Source: Vicugna vicugna (taxonomy: Eukaryota). Taken from it: DNA of 64,000 nt. Of this stretch, positions 48,101 to 60,700 are shown piece after piece; positions within the stretch are counted from its first letter, which is position 1; each line of letters starts with the position of its first letter. The translations under genes and the position numbers were made by a program. The notes under the pieces were generated by a model. It made no database searches, was not told where the DNA came from, and saw only the letters and a program-made list of their open reading frames with translations. The DNA is taken from positions 5,172,691 through 5,236,690 of the forward strand of contig MU058824.1 in the NCBI GenBank assembly GCA_013265495.1. Reading direction: 5' to 3'.

Positions 48101-49780
48101 CCTTGCAATTCCATATGATTTTGAGGATGGATTTTTCCATTTCTGCAAAAAAGGTAGTTGGAATTTTGACAGGAATTGTGTTTAATCTGTAGATCACTTT
48201 GGGTAATATTGACATCTTAACAATGTTAAGTCTTCCTGTCTATGGACACAGGATGTCTTTCCATTTATGTAGCCCTTCTTTAATTTCTTTCAGCAATATT
48301 TTATAGTTTTTACCATATAAGTCCTTTACTTCCTTGGTTAGATTTATTCCTAAGTATTTGATATTTTTATATTCTATTATAAATGGAATTGCTTTCATAA
48401 TTTCCTTGTTGGATTGTCATTTGTGGTGCATAGAGAAACACAACTGATTTTTGTGTGTTAATCTTGTACCCTGCAACTTTGTTGAATTCATTTATTAGCT
48501 CTACTAGCTTTCTTGTGGATTTTTTGGGATTTTCTATATATAAGATCATATCATCTGTGAATATAAATAGTTTCACCATTTCCTTTTCAATTTGGATAAC
48601 TTCTATTTATTTTTCTTATCTAAGAGCTCTGGTTAGAACTTCCAGTACAGTGTTGCATAGCAGTAGTAAAAGTGAGCATCTTTGTCTTCTTTTTGATCTT
48701 AGGGGAAATACTTTCAGTCTTTCACCATAGTATGATGCTAGCTGTGAGTTTAAAAATAAATGCTCATTGTCTTATTGAGGAACTTTTCTTCTATTTCTTA
48801 TTTCTGAGTTTGTAGCATGAAAAGTTTGGATTTTGTCAAATGTTTTTTTCTGTGTCAATGAGATGATCATGTGTTTTTTCCCCTTTATTCTATTAGTATG
48901 ATGCATTACATTGATTGATTTTCTTACATTGAACTGCCTTTGTATTCCTGGAATAAATCCCACTTAGTTATGGTGAATAATTCTTTCAATATGCTGTTGA
49001 GTTCAATTTGCTAATATTTTGTTAAGGATTTTTGCCTCTATTTTCATAATGAATGTTGGGTTGTAATTTTCCTTTCTAAGAAAAGGTCCCACAGGTCTCC
49101 TGGGCTCTGTTAATTTTTCTTCATTACTTTTCCTTTCTGTTCTTACATTATGTAATCTCAATTGACTTATCTTCAGATTCACTGATTTTTCTTCCACCTG
49201 CTCAGATCTGTTTTTGAGTTCCTATTGAAAATTTCATTTCAGTTATTGTACTTTTCAACTTTAGAGTGTCTATTTGGTTGTATTTAAAAGGTAGTTCCTA
49301 TCTCCTATTTATTTGATGACCTATTTTTTTATCTTTGTTAGTTTTTTTAAAGACACAGTTTTCTTTACATCTTTGAACATATTTTGAACGGCTGATTTAA
49401 AGTCTTTGGTAAATCCAGTATATGTGCTTCCTCAGGGTTTCTTTTTATTGATAGTTGTTTTTCCCCTGCATATGCATATGGGACAAACTTTTTTGTTTCT
49501 TTGCATGTTTTATAGTTTTTATTGGGAATCGGACATTTAAAATAATATAACATGGCGACTTTAGAAATCATATTCTCTCCAGAGTTTGTTGTTTTTGTTG
49601 CCATTTTGTTGTTTGCATAATGACTTTTCCTGAACTAATTCTGTAAGGTCTATATTCTTTGTTGTTTGTGGCCACTAGGTCTCTGCTTGATTAGCTTAGT
49701 GGCCAGTTAATGATTGGACAGAGGTTTTGTTAGATCATTAGAACCAGTGAGTCTCCCTGTCTTTGCTGAGAGGATGGATG
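44560..49780 (-). mobile_element. Nested block of LINE-1 elements (antisense), including ORF2/ORF1 remnants
   Basis: Several L1 3'UTR starts (44560, 44620, ~46600, ~46690). ORF2 remnants in the ORF track: 47991-48215 ([23 protein letters not shown]), 48367-48579 ([18 protein letters not shown] motif) and 48772-48963 ([18 protein letters not shown]). The younger L1 at ~44620-45557 is flanked by a degenerate TSD, TAGAATTCAGCCCTTTAT / TAGAATTCACCTCTTAT. Confidence 0.92.
45082..45172. repeat. (TCTA)n tetranucleotide microsatellite inside L1
   Basis: Directly visible tatc/tcta array. Confidence 0.95.
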
Positions 49781-49782
49781 GA

Positions 49783-49783
49783 T

Positions 49784-49826
<43 letters not shown>

Positions 49827-49856
49827 TTCATTCATTCATTCATTCATTCATTCATT
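49783..49856. repeat. (TTTA)n(TTCA)n compound microsatellite at the L1/pseudogene junction
   Basis: Directly visible. Confidence 0.95.
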
Positions 49857-51977
49857 TCTTCTGGGACTATTTTAGAGTCATTTGCTGACATGCAGGAAAC
49901 CAAAGCTCCCAACCACTGTGGAACACTGATGACAAATGACATCAACTGCACAGTCTTCAGCAGCTCCTACATCCTTAAAACTGGGGGGACCATTTGTAGC
50001 ACAAATGGAGCCAGCTCTTCTAGGGTCTCCCTTCTCTGCACAGTGAGTCCCTTGTGGCTACTGTCCTAGTTTGTGGTGGTTGCTCCCCACTGGAGTCTCC
50101 CTTTGTTTTATTCAGTGGTATCTCCAATTCCTTTTCCTCTATCCCCCAAGTTTAAATGCAGGCTAAATATTTCCACTGCTTCCCCAGCTCTGAACCTTGT
50201 TTCGTTCTCAGCCCCTGACTCAGACCTACCTTCAATCCTTGCTCCCACTCTTACTAGCTTCTTCTCCACCCCAGATTAGGGCTTTTGGAGTATCCTTACC
50301 TTGGATCGAGCATGAGGTACAGTCTCTCACTCCTGTTGAACTTTAATACATGTTACAGAAGCAGATTGAAAATTTGTGTTTGAACTTTTTTCAGTATAGC
50401 CTGGGATCCCAGCCTTATGTTCCAGTTTCCATTTTTTGTAGAGAATTTGCCATAAGCAATAATATTTGGAAAGCATCACCTTTGAAAGACTTCAATGTAA
50501 CACTAGTGGGTCCTGGCCTGCAGGATCCAAGGGTCTCTGGCACTGATGCTGCCTCAGGGCAACTAAAAGGTAAATCTCAGCTAAGGAATGATCATAGACT
50601 TTCATAGCCCTCTGTGTTTATGGGCCAGAAACAGCAATGATCTAAGAATAATTGGATTGTGGTACCCAGGAAGTTTCTATGTGAACAGCCCAGCAAAATT
50701 CCAGTTAGAGAATGACTTGGGAAGAGTATGGGACATAGCCTGAGAAATGGCCACAAAAGTAAACTGTCAAGAAATCCAGAAAGCAACCCAGTGAAGGTTT
50801 TGGAGGATAATTCTACAGAGGAGATAAAAAGTGATTTGTTGAGTCACTCTGGGAATGGATCAGAAAATGATTTACCAATGTGTTCAAAAGAGAACCTAAG
50901 CTAGAAGCAACTAGAAAATGCCCTGAAGGTTTACTTGGACAAGAAGCTGGGGTAGACTTCTTAGACTGGGATCTCAATAGATATGGATTGTTCATGGCAT
51001 GCTGCCAAGTATACATTGCTCCCTCCTGGCAAGTCCTATAGCCCCTTGGAAACTGGATATTTGGTACCCTCAATGAGTCAAGAACACTGCCTGAATACCT
51101 CTTGGAAGCTTTCCTTCCTTGGTCTAGGTATTAGACAGGCACTAGAAAGCCCAGATTATATGGTTTTGGGTGTGGTAGAGGTAATCTTACCTCTCAAGGT
51201 CCTTGAATCTATAAAATTGTTTAGTTGATAGAGACTCAGTCATGGCCCCTTTCTCAGTCCATCTTTCTCTCTTAGTCACCCATTGTTTCAAGGATGGCTA
51301 AGCTGAGGTTGCCTAGTTCTTTGAGAGAAACCCTTAGCTAAATTGAGAGACAGGCTGATCATTGTCCCCATCCTGGATACTCCTCTCCCTGCCCCTCAGC
51401 TGTGAGCAAGGAAGGCGAGAGGGCCCTGAGATGTTGGTCATGGTTCACACAGGACCTTCAGTCTGAGATAAACAGACAAACTTTCTAGCTCCTCATACCC
51501 ATCATCATGAACAAATTGTGGCAGAGTAGGAGTGTATAGGGGACAGGAGAGGTAGACCATAGTCACTCCAAGTCAAGCAATGGCAGGACATGACCCAAGA
51601 GATGAGAGTGGAGTTGTGTCCCAACAGAATCCAGTTATGGAGAAGCAGTGCCCCAGAGGCAGAGAATAAAGAGGAGAGTGTCTGGAGGGGATCACCACAG
51701 GGGAGAGCATCTTCTTAGAGTTTCCGCTTTAGGAAAAAGATGTTGGAGATTAATTTAGGGATTCCTTCAAAAGCCAAAGAGCCCAGGGAGATAGAGAATT
51801 ACAAGAAAACTCCAACTGCTAAGCTACAATTGGTAGATGTTCTTAGAGTCAGTTAGCTGGGAGATGCCCAGAAGCTAAATGGCTGTCTGAGTGGTCAAGG
51901 GGCTCCAGTGACCAAGGAGTCCTCCACAATGAAGAGTTCTGGTTGCCCAAGATTCGGGAGGGACAAGCCTTAAAGAA

Positions 51978-52265
51978 TATATTACTGTCATATAAATGAG
52001 CAAATGATTGTCATAATATTGTCATATAAAATTACTCCCCACCACAAACATAACTACTATAAAAGGATTCAGGGGCTTGATCAAAGTGATATAACCCAGT
52101 AAGACTCCATTCCCTGGGACCTGGCTGAACTAGTCTTTTCCCCATTTTCTTTACTCCTATGATTTTTATACAGCTCTGTGTGTGTGTGTGTGTGTGTGTG
52201 TGTTTATGGTTACACAGGTATTAAAGGACCACAAATATCCCATATAACCTCCATGAATGGGAAGG
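51978..52265 (-). repeat. Diverged duplicate of the DNAJB5 3'UTR terminal segment (53645-53860), containing a (TG)n at 52177-52203
   Basis: aactactataaaaggattcaggggcttgatcaaagtga..ctggctgaactagtc..ggttacacaggtattaaaggacc..cctccatgaatgg versus aactactataaaaacattcaggggcttgtcaaagtga..ttggctgaagtagtc..ggtcacacaggcatcaaaggact..cctccatgaaggg. Confidence 0.88.
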
Positions 52266-53631
52266 CTCAGAATGTAGGTAGAGCTTCTGAGCCAGCTTTA
52301 GTGCTTTCTCATTGAAGTGCCCTTGTCCTCAGATAGCCTAGCCGCTAAGATTTCATAGTCTATCCCCAAAGAGTACTCAGTGGGGACATGACATTTTCTC
52401 AGGTCCCAGACCCTCTGTGTCTACACAGAGGCCAGAGGGAGCAGTCTGGCCTAGCAGATCTATATCCCAAGGCTTCAGGCTTCAGGGAAGAGCCAGGACG
52501 AGAATTTAGCCCCAAGTGAAGAGGGGGACAACCCTAGACCTGCAACAGGAAAGCACTGAGTAGGGGATGTGGGATTAGGGATCTCCCTGCCCAGGCTGGG
52601 AGATTAGCAGACATCCTTGTGAACAGAAACCCCTTAGTTTCTGTACTGGAAGGAACAGGCTCCACCCAAAAGTACCTTCAATAAAAGAATGAGCTTTTTT
52701 CACTGCTATCGTCCCAGGAAAAGGCAAGGGCAGGAAGATCCCTGTTAAAAGCCTAGACATTTTCAGCCTCTGTGTGGAGCCCAGGCACAGGTGAAGGCAG
52801 AGTTGTCTTCATAGTACTGGGGACACTGAAGTTCAGGAGTGCATGGCCGTCATGGGTCTGATCCTGGAAAAGCATTTGGGAGGAAGTCAGCACCAGGAGG
52901 AAGTCCAGGTCCATGCAGAGCCTGCAGATGGGAAGTCATGTTAACTACAGGGCTCCTCCCTACCCAGATCCAAGGAAAGTGACAAGAGCATCATGCAGTC
53001 AGCACACAGGTGCTAAGGACCAGAGTTGTCTCAGCAGGAACAGACAACTCAAAGACCTGGACAGACACCCCTGGAAAATTTAGGTTTAAGTATTAGCAAT
53101 AGTGTTCATGCTCCCCAGGAAGCCTGTGTCTTCAGCCAGTTTCCACCCAACGTGGGCCAAGGATGCCAGGTACCTCTAGCCGCTCTCTCCACTGCCTCAG
53201 GCTCTGTCTTTGGGAATGTGTCCCTTCTAGTCACCCAGAAAGTCCTCCACCCCTTCCTAGGAGGAAAATTTTTCTCAAAGGAAAATTCCAGTCCATGTAG
53301 AGAAAAATCTGTTGGTTCTCATGCTAGCACATCCTTTGAAGAAGATGGTCTCTATTTCTCATAACCTAGGATATTTATTCTTTCCAGATATTTTTGTTCC
53401 TTGTCATAGCTGAGTGATATCTTCTGTTTTTGCTGTGTTTTAGGTGTACATTTTGGAAATCCTGGGAATCTGGGCTTAGAGGAAGGAAGGAATCAGCTCC
53501 ATCTTATATTGAGGACCCGCCTGGGCTTCTCAAAGGTGAGCAAGGCTCAGGAGGGAGGTTGACAGTGGCATTACCCATCTGCCCCATCACAGTTTTGTTG
53601 TTTCTGCTCAGATGCCGTATTTTTAAAATAC

Positions 53632-53637
53632 TTTATT
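53632..53637 (-). terminator. DNAJB5 polyadenylation signal
   Basis: TTTATT on + (AATAAA on -), ~1.15 kb past the DNAJB5 stop. Confidence 0.75.
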
Positions 53638-54791
53638 TTTTTTCCATAATACTGTCATTACAAAAAAATACAAAAAAACTACTATAAAAACATTCAGGGG
53701 CTTGTCAAAGTGAGAAAACCTAAAGACCCCACCCCAGAACTTGGCTGAAGTAGTCGTACCCTAGCTCTTTCACTATTTGACCTTTATAAACTGTGGGGTG
53801 GGGTCACACAGGCATCAAAGGACTAGAAATTCCCCACGCAGCCTCCATGAAGGGTAAGAAATAAGAGCTTCATATATCACAAAAATGGGATTTGGAAGTT
53901 TGGGGTGGCTAGGCCCTGAGTTCAGAGGTGTGGGGAGAAACCTGTGACCTTGAATCTCTTTGTAGGGAATAGCTGCCACCTGACCCCAAAGCCCTTTCAC
54001 TTCCTGATGAAGGCTGGGAGATGGACCCTGCCCTCCATCTTTTAGCCTTAATACGGCAGGCCCTCTTCCCCTTCCCTACCTTTGCATACTCCTGAGAGTA
54101 GCAGAGAGGACAGAACTTCCAGCTCTGCAGGGTCTGGGCAGAGGAGCTGTCAGACAGGCTGCTGAGGGCCCCATTCATCTCCATGCCCCCAAATGAAAAG
54201 TGTCTCGTGCTCAATGGCCCAGTTCATGGGTTACGACCTTCCCTTCCTATCTCAACCCCGTAGAGGCACACATAGCTCTAAGTGTGTGCTTTGTGTGCAT
54301 GAATATGTGTGTGATAACCTTGACACTGTGGACGTGGGGAGTGGGACTGGGGTGGGAAAGCAGTGTCCTTTTTATCTTCTCTCCCCTTTCCCCGATAGGA
54401 GGAAGCTGAAGGGAAGGGAAAAAAGAGGTAATAGCAAAGCTGAGAGGGGAAGGAGGACATGCTATTTACAGGCGTGGACAAGGGATCTCTATATCTTCAA
54501 GTAGCACTCAGGTCATTCTCCAGCCACTGGAGTGGGAACTAGATTCAAAATTGACCCCTGGCCTGGGCTAGCTCTCCCCACCTCCCTCCCTCTCCCCCAA
54601 GGCAGCCCAGTTCTGAAAGGGATCAGGGGCAGGAACATTTTTCCTGATAACCAGTGGCTTTTTTTCTTTTTTCTTTTTTGCACTTTAGAAAAAGTTGCCA
54701 GTGTCCTGTGGACATCAAGCTGGGTGCACATTGGATGGGTTGAGTGTGGGGGGTATTGCTGTGGTAGACTCTGGGTTGGCTGGGGCAGAGC

Positions 54792-57700
54792 CTAGGAACA
54801 AGGTAGGTGCTGCTTAAGGATCTGTCGCGTCTGTGGTGTTAATCTATCTGGGAAGCGAACTTTGAACTCGACAATGAGATCTCCCCGCTGGGTGGGCACC
54901 TTGGGGAAGGGAAGGCCCTCCCCACGGAGTCTCTTCACGGTGCCTGGCTTGATGACATCATTGCAGGGCAAAGGGATCACTCGGCCATCAATGGTGGGAA
55001 TGTTTACAGTGCAGCCACACAGTGCCTGGGGAAAATGAGACAGTGAGAAAAAGGTAGGCTAGAGTGATTGGGAAGGGAAGAAAAGATAAAGTGGAGAATG
55101 TCCCCATCACCCCCACCCAATACACTCTGATCCAGGCCTTACCTCCTTGAGGCTGATCAGGGCACTGTATAGCACATTGGTGCCATCTCGGCGGAAGTGT
55201 GCGTGGGGCTTGTCTTTGAGCACAAAGACGATGTCGGCAGGGATGTTGTCTGGTGTGGCATCGCCCTCTTTGGGGAAAGTGATCTTGGTGCCTTCCTTCC
55301 AGCCACGCTTGATGACAATGTGCAGGATCTTGTCCTCAGTGCGCACAGTTCGCCCGTCAGGGTTGAGGCGCCGCCTTGTGATCTTCATGCGTTTTGTGGA
55401 GCCGTGGTAGATTTCCTCCAGGGACACCCTCAGCTCATGCACCACAGGTGGGTCCTGCACCTTGCGTCGAGGGTACAGTGGTTCTGGGGCTCGCCTTGGA
55501 CCCCTGCTCAGCCCATTGAAGCCAAATCGGCCAAAGGCACCAAACGGGTCCTCATCTTCATCCACATCCATGTCATCTGGGTCAAAGCCACTGAAGGGTC
55601 GAGTAGAGCGACTGCTGGCAAAGAAGATATCGAAGGGGTTGGAGCCTCCAAAGAAGGAGGCAAAGGTGGCATGGGGGTCCCCATGAAAGGTGTAGTGAAA
55701 GGAGCCACTGGAGCCACCTGACGAACCACCGCCGGTCTTCAGACCTGGAGGGAGGAGAAGTTAGCGACAGAGTGGCTGGTCTCAGCCCCACCCCTGTCTC
55801 CTCCCCTTGCCCCCTAGCTCCTGGTTCATGGGCCTAGAGAAAGAAGAATCCTTTTAACTCCCACAGAGAGAACTGGCCTAAGAGACTAAGAAAAATCTCT
55901 GGCAAGATTAATTCCTATTCTTAATTATATGTTTAATAATAAGGAACATCTTGAGGTTCAAAGAGGCTGAGTTACCCAATTGGTGGAAAAGCTAAGACTG
56001 GAAGACTTGTAGAATGTGACTTTCAGTCCTGTAACCATATACCTGTGACCAAAAGATGTTTCACAAAGCCTTGAGTGGCTGGCCTGGGGTCACATTACAA
56101 GTCATACCTGGCTCTCAGATCTTTGCTTATCTCCACAGACAGGGCAAGAGGCAGTCAGAGAATTTGACCATACAGGGTGCTAGTAAATGACCTGTCCCAA
56201 ATAAGGTAGGGATACAGTCGAAGACAAAGTCTACTCTTACTCTACTTCTAGCATGGTTTCCTCTTTCTCTGGCTCCTACCCAAATCAGGAGGGCCCTGAA
56301 AAGCAGGAAAGATCATTAGCTTGGAGAAGGGGAGCTATTTCTTTCCAAAAAGTTTTCAAATGCTTTATTCCCACAATCGGGGCTCACAGTGTTTCACAAC
56401 TCCAGGGGGTGCCATTCATACACCGGACAGACATAGACCGAAATGGGAATGGAGCTCCTTGAAGTTATATAGCACCAAGCCCCACACCCCATACCTAATG
56501 TCAGAGCAACATGACTGAGCTGGCACATTGCAGGTGGTGGCCCCAGCTGCTCTCTCTGGAATCAGGTTCTATCTAAGGGGCTCAGATTCCTGGAGGCAGT
56601 CTTCATGTGGGATGGCAGTGGAGGTGATGGGACTAGTGGGAAGGGGGAGTGGGGAGGAATGAGGGAAGGGGTTAACACTGAGAAATGATCTAGAATATTT
56701 AGACTCAGAGTGAGGCCCAGGCTAGGGGCGGGGATTCTTCTCTTTGAGGCCTTTATCTAGAATTTCATTGGCTGTGGAAGCCTGAGCCCAAATTAGCATC
56801 TTATTTGCTGGGACCACAAGAGGAGATTTGGGTTTCATTAGAGAGGCCAAGTGGCAAGCAATTCAGAGACTTGTGGCAGCTGCCTCTTCACCCCTCCCCT
56901 AAGACTCAAGGTCTGTTCTTTCCTTCTGTTGAGGGTCTGATTATTAGGTGAGTTCAAGAAGCTTGGCAGAGCTCAGTGAGAGAGGGAGGTTGGACTGATG
57001 ATGACAGGAGGGGGTAATTTCTCTGCAGGGATTCTGCTGTACTACCACTACCCCTTTTCAAGCTGGGAACAACTTGTCTCCAGCCAGGGCTGCACACAGA
57101 GTCTGTGTGCACAACTGTTCTGGCTGGCTACTGGGGAGGGGGCAGGGCAGACAGAAATACAACCCGCATTTCCAAGGCTGCCTCTCCCTTCCCAGGCCCT
57201 GGATGTCTCCTTAAGGTTGTGCTGCATCCTCAGGAACCCTCCTGGAATCTAGATCTGCATTAGAACCAGTGCCTGGATCTAAGGGCTGAGTAGGGGCTGA
57301 GCTTTGCCCTTCACTTAGGTTTGGTCATGCAGAAAGGGGAGGTCTCCCAGCTCTGACTTTTTTCCTAAACAAAAGTGAGGCCTAGCAGAGGAATGAGTGC
57401 AATTCCTAGACAGGTCACATGGTGGCATTGTGTCTGCACTGCTTCTCTCTTCCCCACCGCTGTCCCTCCCCTCCCTCCACCCCAGGGAGAAATATTTCTT
57501 AGCTGGAGAGTGCTGGGGATTCCAGCAGATGCCTGATGAATCTGGGAATTGGCAAGTCTAGTAGGTGAGGAGGAAAAATGGAAGGAACTAGTGGCACGGA
57601 GAATAAGAAGAGGGGGTTGGGAGGACTGGGGTGCACAGAGTATAGGGGCATGGAACACCAAGCAAGGAAGAGGAGAGGAAAAGAACATTCTTTTGAGCAC

Positions 57701-60700
57701 TTACTCTGTATCATATACAGTATGTATCATTAGCTCATCAATTTTGAGGCCAGAATGGGAAGAATGAGGAGGAGAATGCGGAAGAAAGGTAGATGCCGTT
57801 GGGGAGGAGGGACAGTTCTTCCCGGTAAGGAGAGTCCTCAGCTGTGACAGTGTCTCTTAATATAGCCTGACAGGTGCTTGTGGCTGGCGGGTGGCAGGCA
57901 GGCCTGAGGGGCAAGCCCAGAATTAGCAGCTACATCATGCCCGTGGGATGTGCTGGGAGGAGCTGCCCTCTCAGAGGCTTTATTTGGGCTTTTCCTGCTA
58001 CCCTGTGCGTGGCCACCAGCTACCCCAGGGAGGGGGCAAGATGCCAACAGCAGTTCCCCTTCCATTCTTGGATCCCTGCCACTTCCTCAGGGAGTCGAAA
58101 CTCTACCTCTGTTCTGCTGGCCTGAAGTGGGCAGGAAAGGGACAACCATCTCTAGCTCAGAGCTCCAGTGGTTAATTCCCTGGTTGCTTAAGGGCCAAAC
58201 TTTCACGCTGATGATTGTAAATGTTCTGTCCTCAGAGAGCCACACACTCCCTCTCCTAACCTTCCCCATCAGCCAATGAAGCAGCAGAGACTCCAGGCAG
58301 GACTAATAAGGATGGGAGGGAAAGAAGGGCGGGGAAGGCCTCTGGCTCTAGCTTCTTTAAGGCCTGAACTTGAGGAGGGAGAGGGGCAGAAAGAGACAGG
58401 GAGAGATATGGTGAGTTGAGTCTGGGTCGTGGGTAGTCTCTTCTCTCCTCTGGATGTCAGTACTGGGAACATTTGCCTCCATCACCCCTCCTCAGTCTCC
58501 AGTTCTCTGCTTTGAGAACTGGGTCACCCAGGACCCCAGACAAGGACAGGAATCCAGTATCAGGCTGGAGCTCTGCCCTCTTACCTTCCTCCCCATACTG
58601 GTCATACAGGCCCCGTTTCTTAGGGTCACTCAGCACATCATAGGCCTCCGCAATCTCCTTAAACTTCTCCTCAGCATTGGGCTCTTTGTTCTTGTCTGGG
58701 TGGTACTTCAAAGCCATCTTCCGATAGGCTTTCTTGATTTCATCCTCGTTGGCTCCCGATGGGATTCCAAGAATCTTGTAGTAATCCTTTCCCATCACAG
58801 CCACTGGACCGGCACTGGTCTCCTTGTTTCTGAAAGAAACCAGGGCCAATCCTTGATGCCCCTAATTCCTTGTACTCCAGTCCTGTTCCTGATGATCCTG
58901 CAATTCCTAAATGACTCACTGTGTAACTTTCAGCAGGTCATGCCTGTTCTATGGGCCTCTGTCTCCCCATCAGTAAAATGAAAGGTTTGGACTAGATGAT
59001 CTCTTCCAGCTCTGACATTCTAGTATTCTGTGATTCTTTCCTTAGTTCTTGGGTTTTCTCAATAAGAAGCTGGGGGCTGTGGCCCACTTCTTGGGGCTAT
59101 TCTAAGGCCCAGATCCCTGGGCCAGACTGAGGACACCCAAGAGCCTTGCTGAGTTGAGGTAGCACGATGGACTGATAGACTCAAGCTGGCGAAGATCAAC
59201 ATAGTGGGTGAGGTCACCTGGGCATCATGGTCTCCTACGCCATGCCTCTGGCATGGTGCCCAGGCTTAAGGCTGGGGCAGTGGCCCAGGACTAGGGATAA
59301 GCCTGGGTCTTCAGCCAGCTGCCTTGGTCAGCCAGGCTGAGTCAGAGTGTGGGTGCTTGGATTCCTGTCTGCTATTGGAGACCCCAGGCCCCCCTGCCCC
59401 ACTGCCCAGACTATGCTAAACCTCACGTGTGATTCAGATTAAAGGGTGACTCACAGCCTTTGGAAACTGCTGTTTCTAATGCCCTCATTAGCAGGAGGGT
59501 GACACTGTCCTTCCCCCAACCAGGGCAACAGTTCCCTTTACTCATTTCCCAGTGTCTACACACAAAACTGTGTGAAGACATATCTGTGCCACTTAAGCAT
59601 CAGTGTTAGTGAACAAAAGCATCCTGGGGATAGATCCTTTTTTCAACCTTAGTTATTAGGAGACAATTGGGCACTACCATTTCCTTAATGCCTTCTCTAC
59701 CAGTCCCTCCCTCTCACCTGCCCCATGGTTTAGGATCTGGTCCAGTGCCAGGCCCATAGACCTCTGATGGTTCCTTCCATTTTGGGTGCAGGAGCATTTG
59801 TTATTTATATGGGGAAGAAACACAGGTCTCTAATTCTTTCACTCTAATCTACCTCCACCAATTTCTCTGTGGAGGGAAGGGGACTTTCCTGTAGCTAGAG
59901 CTATTTGGGGGAATGGCCAGAAGCCATTCTCCAACCTTTCTGAGCCTTGGCCAACCCCTGTCAAAGTCCAGGGAACCAGAGTCTTTCTAACAATGTCCTG
60001 GTCTGGTAGCCACAGCTGAGAACTGCTTTTCTGCCTCTGACTGCTTCAGAGAAGTGTACAGGGTTTTCTGACAGGAGTGAGGGCTGTAATGGGTAAGAGG
60101 AGGCCTCAAGGCCCCAGGTAGGCAGTGACAACTGCCCTAGCTCCTGCCCCCACAGAGCCTGTTGCAGGTGGCTGGGTTGACTCATGATTCTGGGAGTCAC
60201 CTCACTCTGACGAAGAGAAGGCTCCATTAAGGCGGGTACTCCCCCCTTTTCCCCCTATCAGCATGTCACGCCTGGTGGGGGAGGCTGGGGATGGGGGAGG
60301 CTGGGGATGGGGGAGGCAGAGAAGAAAGAGCATCTGGGGGAGGGCAGCCATTTTCGGAAGCAGCAGTAAAAGCCGTCTAAGAGGGCGCTGGGGGTGGTCT
60401 GCCATCTCTGCCTCGGCCCACACCTTCTTTCCCCTGAAACCCTAGCACACCAAGAGGGTGCCCTTAGAGAACTATAGCAGCTTTTAGGCTGAAGGCAAGT
60501 GGAACAGTTTGCCAGTGTTCTCGCCCTCCTCTCGCTATCCCTGCATTACCTCTTCATCCAGCCAGCTTCCTCCTTGGCACCCACCTGCTAGTTCTTCTAC
60601 ACCTATAATTCTCTTGCCTCCACAGACACAGGGCAAGCTCTTTCAAGAATTGCCTTTTTCCTCCTTCTTTCCTCCCTCCCTCCCTCCCTCTCCTCCCCAC

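Larger units (their letters stand above)
42712..53365 (+). pseudogene. Unprocessed SPATA31 (FAM75/FAM205)-family pseudogene, interrupted by L1 block and a DNAJB5 3'UTR-like insert
   Basis: Manual translation gives collinear SPATA31 blocks: exon-2-like 42712-42758 HQCRGKKTNREGAFG; exon-3-like ~43318-43388 GFPAGRARQKAAHVTWDLLALRK; long exon from 43654 with VSPLAS-like and FPLLPSEH; 49982-50140 [25 protein letters not shown]...SPFVLFSGIS; ~50470 HHL*K...CRIQGSLALMLPQG; ~50905 KQLENALKVYLDKKLG; LPLKVLESIKLF; ~52650 EQAPPKSTFNKRM; EVQECMAVMGLILEKHL; ~53260 RKIFLKGKFQSM*RKSVGSHASTS. Many stops and frameshifts. Confidence 0.85.

Noticed and set aside
47991..49604. Short minus-strand ORFs with reverse-transcriptase-like peptides
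   Set aside because: Fragmented L1 ORF2/ORF1 remnants with stops; not an active element or a novel RT system.
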